Translations under genes and position numbers: made by a program
Shown here: positions 58,694 through 64,000 of the stretch, one piece after another
Numbering within the stretch: position 1 is the first letter of the stretch
Layout of the letters: every line of letters begins with the position of its first letter
The notes under the pieces: model-generated
What the model was told of the DNA's origin: nothing
Databases searched by the model: none
Seen by the model: the letters and a program-made list of their open reading frames with translations, nothing else
Assembly (NCBI GenBank): GCA_965207065.1
Contig: OZ242260.1
Location: 2,400,001 to 2,464,000, forward strand
Length of the DNA: 64,000 bases
Source of the DNA: a bacterium
Lineage (GTDB): Bacteria > UBA8248
Reading direction: 5' to 3'

Positions 58694-58904
58694 ATCCCTC
58701 TCTCGTTATTTCCGCCCAATCGGGTCTGACACCGGAATGACGGCGGTGATGAATTCCGACCTGTCCCTACAAAACCATCGCACTCCCAACGAGGACTTTT
58801 TCATCGGGCATTCCCCTTGGGATACCCGACCCCTCAAGGGGGGAGGGATTGTGTTATCTCCTCCCTCATCCGCACTCCGCCCCTTCGTCTCCTTCCGGCA
58901 ACGC

Positions 58905-59426
58905 TCATTCGGGCGCATAGATCCGGATGTCCGGCAGGGTGCGGTATGCCTCGTCGCAGTCAAGCCCGTAGCCGACCACGAAATGATTGTCGATGGTGAA
59001 GCCCACGTGGTCCGCGTGGATATCGACTTCTCTCCTCTCCGGCTTGTCCATCAACACGCACGTCCTGAGAGAGGCGGGGCGCTTATCTCCAAGAATATCC
59101 AGGGTTTTCGAGAACGTGTGCCCCGTATCGAGAATGTCGTCGATGAGCAGGACGTTCCGCCCCTCGATGTCGCCCAGGTGCCTGGCGTCGATCTCCACGC
59201 GGCCCGTGCTTTGCGTTCCTTCCCCGTAGCTCGAGGCCGTGAGGAAGCCGAGCGTGGTGTTGCGCTCAAGGGCGCGGGCGAGGTCGACGCCGAAGATAAT
59301 CGCGCCTTTCAGTATCATGACGACGTGAACCGGCCCGTCGGGCTGCACCGCGTTGATCTCGGCGGCGAGTTCGGAAAGACGGCTCTGTATGTCCGCTTCC
59401 GGTATCAGTATATCGGTTGCAGGCAT
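58905..59426 (-). CDS. hpt: Hypoxanthine phosphoribosyltransferase
   Basis: ILKGA, SSYG, LLIDDILDTGHT, FVVGYGLD. Confidence 0.93.
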   Translation of the reverse strand: MPATDILIPEADIQSRLSELAAEINAVQPDGPVHVVMILKGAIIFGVDLARALERNTTLGFLTASSYGEGTQSTGRVEIDARHLGDIEGRNVLLIDDILDTGHTFSKTLDILGDKRPASLRTCVLMDKPERREVDIHADHVGFTIDNHFVVGYGLDCDEAYRTLPDIRIYAPE

Positions 59427-59429
59427 CGT

Positions 59430-60572
59430 CTACTCGAGCACGGCCAGCAGAAGACGCTTCAGGTCCTCCTGGGTCGAGGGGACCGGATTCGTGTTGACCT
59501 GGTGGCTTTCCGCCGCGTCTTTTGCCAGTACGTCCAAATCCTCGTTCACGACGTCCGCTTCTCTCAGGCTGCCCGGTATGCCGATATCCGTGTTGAGTTC
59601 GCGGATGGCGTCTATCGCCGCCTCGGCCGTATGTGGAGCGCCTTCTTTGAGCAAGGGCGCCATACGCGCGTAGGCCTCCCGCATGACGGGGAGGTTGAAT
59701 TCCATGACGGGCGGCAGGAAGATGCCGTTCGCCGTGCCGTGATGCAGCCCGTGGTAGGCGCCGAGCGGATGCGCGAGCGAGTGCACGATGCCGAGGCCCG
59801 TGTTGGTGAACGCGCGTCCCGCCAGCATGGCCGCGAGCGATATGCCGTCGGCGGCTTCCGGATCCGAGGGGTCGTCCACGTAGGCTCTGCCGTGCTTTCC
59901 GATATAGGTGATCGACTGAAACGCAATCGCCTCCGTCCAGGGGTTGGAGGCGGGCGAGCCGACCGATTCGATGGCGTGGGTCAGGGCGTCCATCATCGCG
60001 CCGGCGGCGATGTGGGAGGGGAGCTTGGCCAGGAGCGCCGAATCGACGACCGCGAGTTTCGCGAAGAGCGAGTCGTCCGCCAGGACGGTTTTGATCATGA
60101 GCTTCATGTCCGTGACGATGGAGCTCATGGTGACTTCGCTGCCCGTGCCCGCCGTGGTGGGAACGGTGATGAGCGGCGGGCCGGGTTTCGTGGCTTTGCC
60201 GCGACCGTAGTAGTCGCTCGGAACGCCGCCGTTCGCGACGATGGCCAGCGTCGCCTTGGCGGTGTCCATCGTGCTGCCGCCGCCTGCGGCGATGAAGCCG
60301 TCGCACCCGTTATTGTTGAAGAACTCGCGGGCCGCGAGGATGCTGGCGTCCGAGGGATTCGCCTCGGCCTGATCGTAGAACTGGTAGTCGATAGAGTCGT
60401 CTTCGAGGCCTTTGATGACCGAATCGAGCGCGCCGCTCGACGCGAGTCCCGGGTCGGTGACGAGCATCGGTCTGGCCATCCCCAGGCCCTTGGCTTCCTC
60501 TCCGACCTGGGTGGCTTCTCCGCGACCGAAGCGGACGCGCGGGCCGGATGCAATCTGAAACGCTTTCAACAT
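59430..60572 (-). CDS. Iron-containing alcohol dehydrogenase
   Basis: GGGSTMDTAK, VPTTAGTGSE, DALTHAIE, HSLAH...HG. Confidence 0.94.
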   Translation of the reverse strand: MLKAFQIASGPRVRFGRGEATQVGEEAKGLGMARPMLVTDPGLASSGALDSVIKGLEDDSIDYQFYDQAEANPSDASILAAREFFNNNGCDGFIAAGGGSTMDTAKATLAIVANGGVPSDYYGRGKATKPGPPLITVPTTAGTGSEVTMSSIVTDMKLMIKTVLADDSLFAKLAVVDSALLAKLPSHIAAGAMMDALTHAIESVGSPASNPWTEAIAFQSITYIGKHGRAYVDDPSDPEAADGISLAAMLAGRAFTNTGLGIVHSLAHPLGAYHGLHHGTANGIFLPPVMEFNLPVMREAYARMAPLLKEGAPHTAEAAIDAIRELNTDIGIPGSLREADVVNEDLDVLAKDAAESHQVNTNPVPSTQEDLKRLLLAVLE

Positions 60573-60602
60573 GAATACACTCCTTCGCTGCTCGTATGAG
60601 GA

Positions 60603-61223
60603 TTATTGGAATTTACGAAGCATGGATTCGTAATCTTTTTCCGTGTCGATGTCGAGAAAGATATCATCATTGGGCAGGTGGTGAAATACGATCGCCCCCG
60701 GAGATTCGTTTTCCAGTCTCCGGATGATGCCCCGGCCGCCCGCATCGCCGCTCGCATGCAGCAGTTCGTCTTTGAGATCGGCTGAGAACAGCGCGGGGTT
60801 TCCGCGCCTGCCCTTGAAGGCCGGCGCCGCGACCTGTGCTTCGGGCCGGGACCTCTCATAGAGGGAAATCACCTTGTTCACGATTTCCGGCGTCAGCAGG
60901 GGCTGATCGCCCAGGACGAACAGGTAGGCGTCGGTATCTTCAGGCGCGGCCTTGATTCCTGCGATCATGCTCGTGCTCTGCCCCTCGGCGTAGCGGGGGT
61001 TGTGTGTGAGGCGCACGTCGAGATCTTCCACGGCCTCTTTCACCATCGCCTCCTCATGGCCCGTCACGAGGATGACCACTGAAACCGCGCTCGCGAGCAC
61101 CGCCTTCGCCGTCCTGCGGATGACGGTCTCATCCCCGAGGGGCAGGAGGAGTTTGTTCCGCCCCAGGCGCTTCGAGAGGCCTGCGGCGAGCAGGATCGCC
61201 GTAATGCGGCGCGCGTCCGCCAT
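60603..61223 (-). CDS. MocA-like molybdenum cofactor nucleotidyltransferase
   Basis: ILLAAGLSKRLGRNKLLL, LGDQP, GNPALF, GDAGGR, DIDT. Confidence 0.88.
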   Translation of the reverse strand: MADARRITAILLAAGLSKRLGRNKLLLPLGDETVIRRTAKAVLASAVSVVILVTGHEEAMVKEAVEDLDVRLTHNPRYAEGQSTSMIAGIKAAPEDTDAYLFVLGDQPLLTPEIVNKVISLYERSRPEAQVAAPAFKGRRGNPALFSADLKDELLHASGDAGGRGIIRRLENESPGAIVFHHLPNDDIFLDIDTEKDYESMLRKFQ

Positions 61224-61347
61224 GGGAGTTCTCCGAAAGCAAAAAAGGACTGGAGTCTGGTCGGCATGGTAAGGAGGCGTGCTTCCCCGTGTCAATTCCA
61301 GGTGGGCGGGGTTGTTGAGAAAGTCCGAGGAGGGAGTTCGTGGTTTT

Positions 61348-61415
61348 GTAGGGGCCGCATAAATGCGGCCCTTTTGGTGGGATATTGGTGCGGGGCGCAT
61401 ATATGCGCCCCCTAC
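61348..61415. repeat. GTAG-type REP doublet
   Basis: GTAGGGGCCGCATAAATGCGGCCC and GGGGCGCATATATGCGCCCCCTAC. Confidence 0.85.
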
Positions 61416-61536
61416 ACACATTCACATCCGTCGAATCAAACTGCAGAGCCGGGACTTTTTTAACAGCCACGACAAGGGGGGGTAGGGGGGGTTGGTTTTC
61501 AACAATTCATGGCGGGCGCGCCCTCAAGCCATTCCG

Positions 61537-61565
61537 TTGACAAGGCTTCACCCCGACTCTAATAT
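61537..61565 (+). promoter_or_regulatory. Sigma70 promoter for the cyclase operon
   Basis: TTGACA-17 bp-TAATAT. Confidence 0.6.
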
Positions 61566-61723
61566 CAAAAGCGCTCAAAACCCACGAATTATCCCAGATG
61601 AAACCCGGAAACGGGCAAGTCGTTTCGCCGGTTTTGGCCTGATTCAACAGATATGCTTCATGCAGCGAATCGCAAGGATTCGAACAGTTCACCTATAGCG
61701 GAACATGCCGGAGGAGAATCACC

Positions 61724-62437
61724 ATGGCGTACAAGAATCACGAAATCGTTGACCTCTCACAAGACATCTACCAGGGACAGCCCGTGTTCGTGGGGCACCC
61801 CGAGACCTGGCGCTGGACGAACATGACGCACGAGGAAAGCGCCGCCAGCGGCCGCTTCAAGAGCGAGATGAGCTATTACTCGGGCATCATCCAGTTCTGC
61901 GAGCATGGCCCGACGCACGTGGATTCCATCAGCCATCTCGACCCCTCGCCCGACGCGCCGCACATCGACGAGATGAACTTCGATTCCTTCTACAGCCGGG
62001 GCATCGCGATTGATTTCGAGAACGTCGAGGACAACAGCTACATCGACGCGGACGACGTGAAGCGCAGGCTCGACCATTACAATTACGAGCTAAAGCCGGG
62101 CGATACGCTCCTCTACACGTACGGGCACTTCAAGCGCCACCATCCGACGCCGAAGTACACGACGGCCTACGCAGGCTGGACGCGCGAAGCGGCCGAGTAC
62201 GTCTACGGCGAGTGCGGGGCCATCAACGTGGGCACCGACGCCCCGAGCATGGACATGGCTTCCAGCCCCGACTATCCCTGCCACCTCGTTTGCCGCGAGC
62301 TGGGCCGCACGAACACGGAGAACCTGTGCAACATCGAGCTGGTGGTGGGCAAGGAGTTCCTCTACATCGGGCTTCCGCTCAAGATTACGGGCGGGTCGGG
62401 CTCGCCGATCCGGGCGATCGCCGTACTGAACGCCTGA
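61724..62437 (+). CDS. Cyclase family (kynurenine formamidase-like) metal-dependent hydrolase
   Basis: EHGPTHVDSISH (HxGTHxDxPxH variant), GTDAPS, ENL, GGSGSPIRAIA. Confidence 0.9.
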   Translation: MAYKNHEIVDLSQDIYQGQPVFVGHPETWRWTNMTHEESAASGRFKSEMSYYSGIIQFCEHGPTHVDSISHLDPSPDAPHIDEMNFDSFYSRGIAIDFENVEDNSYIDADDVKRRLDHYNYELKPGDTLLYTYGHFKRHHPTPKYTTAYAGWTREAAEYVYGECGAINVGTDAPSMDMASSPDYPCHLVCRELGRTNTENLCNIELVVGKEFLYIGLPLKITGGSGSPIRAIAVLNA

Positions 62438-62458
62438 TTCGGTTCATGCGAGGCGAAC

Positions 62459-63493
62459 ATGAAAGCCCTGGTGAAACAGGCGAAAGGGCCCGGCAACATG
62501 GCGCTATTGGACGTTGCGGAGCCTCACGCCGGTCCCGGTCAGGTGAAGGTGAAAATCGCCCACGCCGGCATCTGCGGCACGGACGTGCACATCGCCTCGG
62601 GCGAATTTTTTCACTATTTCCCGCCCCTGGTGCTGGGGCATGAGTTTTCGGGCGAAGTGGTGGAAACAGGTCCGGGCGTCGAGGGAATCCCTTTGGGCGC
62701 GCGGGTGACGGCCGAACCGACGAAGTCGACGTGCCGCGCCTGCCCGCACTGCATCTCGGGCCGCTACAACCGGTGCGAGGAGCGCGACATCGCGGGCGTG
62801 GTGAGCAACGGCGCGTTCACCGATTACGTGGTCACGCGGGCGGAGTCGATTCACCGCCTGCCCGAGGGCGTGAGTCTCAAGGCAGCCGCGCTCTCCGAAC
62901 CCCTAGCGGTCTGCGTTCACGGGGTGTGCGAGCAGTGCAGCGTGCGCGAGGGCGATTTCGTCCTCGTCATGGGGCCGGGCGCGATCGGCCTGGGCTGCGC
63001 CCAGGCGGCTCTCGCCCACGGCGCGCGGGTGATGGTGGCCGGGGCCGGTAAGGACGCGCACAGGCTGGCGCTCGCCAGCTCGCTCGGCGCGGAATGGACG
63101 GTGAACGTGGAGACCGAAAACGTCCTGGAACGGGCTCTCGCGGTCACGAACGGCTGGGGGGTCGACTTGGCGGTCGAGGCAGCGGGGGCTCCCGGTGCGC
63201 TCGGCGTTTGCGTCGAGGCGGTCAAGAAGGGCGGAGAAATCCTCCAGGTGGGCCTGCCCGGCGCGCCCGTTCCCGTCGATATGGACAGGCTGGCGTTCAA
63301 GGAGATCCGCCTGGTCGGCACGTTCGGGCAGAAGCGCTCCGCGTGGCTGCTGGCGCTCAAGTTACTGGAAGAGGGCAGGGTCGACGCCGAGGCGATGGTA
63401 TCTGATATGCTCGCGCTCGATGAGTGGGAGAGAGGATTCGACATCATGGCGCGCGGGGCCGGGCTGAAGGTGCTCCTGGCGCCCGACGGGTAG
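62459..63493 (+). CDS. Zinc-dependent medium-chain dehydrogenase (sorbitol/threonine dehydrogenase-like)
   Basis: GICGTD, GHEFSG, CxxCxxC...C, GPGAIG. Confidence 0.93.
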   Translation: MKALVKQAKGPGNMALLDVAEPHAGPGQVKVKIAHAGICGTDVHIASGEFFHYFPPLVLGHEFSGEVVETGPGVEGIPLGARVTAEPTKSTCRACPHCISGRYNRCEERDIAGVVSNGAFTDYVVTRAESIHRLPEGVSLKAAALSEPLAVCVHGVCEQCSVREGDFVLVMGPGAIGLGCAQAALAHGARVMVAGAGKDAHRLALASSLGAEWTVNVETENVLERALAVTNGWGVDLAVEAAGAPGALGVCVEAVKKGGEILQVGLPGAPVPVDMDRLAFKEIRLVGTFGQKRSAWLLALKLLEEGRVDAEAMVSDMLALDEWERGFDIMARGAGLKVLLAPDG

Positions 63494-63559
63494 GGGGTTT
63501 TGGGGAAGGCCAATGCAATCACGATTGACGCGAAGGGTGTGGCGAATGGAGTTGATTTT

Positions 63560-63625
63560 GTAGGGGTCGCATATATGCGACCCGACCAGGTTGCGATATG
63601 TGGGCCGCATATATGCGGCCCCTAC
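63560..63625. repeat. GTAG-type REP doublet
   Basis: GTAGGGGTCGCATATATGCGACCC and GGGCCGCATATATGCGGCCCCTAC. Confidence 0.85.
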
Positions 63626-63917
63626 ACACCCTTCGACAAGGCGGTATCCCGTCGCCGTCATACCGGCATTGCAGGGTTTTTCAACATTCCCTCCTTTATC
63701 GGTCGGGAATGACCCTCTAGGGGGGCGTGTACCTTGCTCTTTCGTTGGAAGATTCAATCCTCGTTCACCAGAGGCTTTTTCAACCGCCCCGATAGACGAG
63801 GGACGGAGAACAGCGGCGCTTTTCCGGGAGTCGCGGGGATACCACAACGACGCGGACCCGTTAAAAATGAGAGATATTCGGACTAACCAGGAGCGTTCAC
63901 TTTAGGGGATTTTTCAC

Positions 63918-64000
63918 ATGAGCATCGACGGAAAAGAATTCAGAACAGCCCTCGGCAGGTTCGCGACGGGCGTCACGGTCGTCACCGCGAAAACCGAAAC
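63918..64000 (+). CDS. Flavin reductase family protein, N-terminus (runs off the window)
   Basis: Translated by hand: MSIDGKEFRTALGRFATGVTVVTA. Confidence 0.85.
   Translation, partial: MSIDGKEFRTALGRFATGVTVVTAKTE

Noticed and set aside
58668-60599. 643-aa plus-strand ORF, and similar long antisense ORFs (25803-27299, 12308-13588, 21663-22856)
   Set aside because: Shadow ORFs opposite well-supported genes in GC-rich DNA, with no recognisable motifs

Overview
GC-rich bacterial chromosome segment. The centre (~14.7-48.6 kb) is the core transcription/translation supercluster: tRNA-Thr/Tyr/Gly/Thr, tuf, tRNA-Trp, secE, nusG, rplKAJL, rpoBC, rpsLG, fusA, a second tuf, and the S10, spc and alpha operons. 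The left flank carries transporters, dcd, moaC, a PIN/TRAM gene, ispDF, cysS and rlmB. The right flank is metabolic: alanine dehydrogenase, a GntR-linked Na+-translocating (methyl)malonyl-CoA-type decarboxylase operon with a class III CoA-transferase (beta subunit frameshifted), an HMG-CoA-lyase-family enzyme, an enolase-superfamily enzyme, hpt, Fe-ADH, a MocA-like gene, a cyclase-family hydrolase and a Zn-dependent dehydrogenase, interspersed with GTAG- and CGTC-type REP palindromes. Top observations: (1) two short ORFs at 2815-3291 join through an in-frame UGA at the catalytic-Cys position, followed by a SECIS-like hairpin, predicting an OsmC-like selenoprotein; (2) an 11-bp-phased array of DnaA-box-like 9-mers plus a tandem NrdR-box pair at the dcd promoter; (3) an MdcY/MatR-like operator before the decarboxylase operon; (4) lineage-specific extensions on IF-1 and S5. 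No CRISPR array, rRNA, transposase or prophage was seen. All calls come from reading motifs by eye; no database searches were run.
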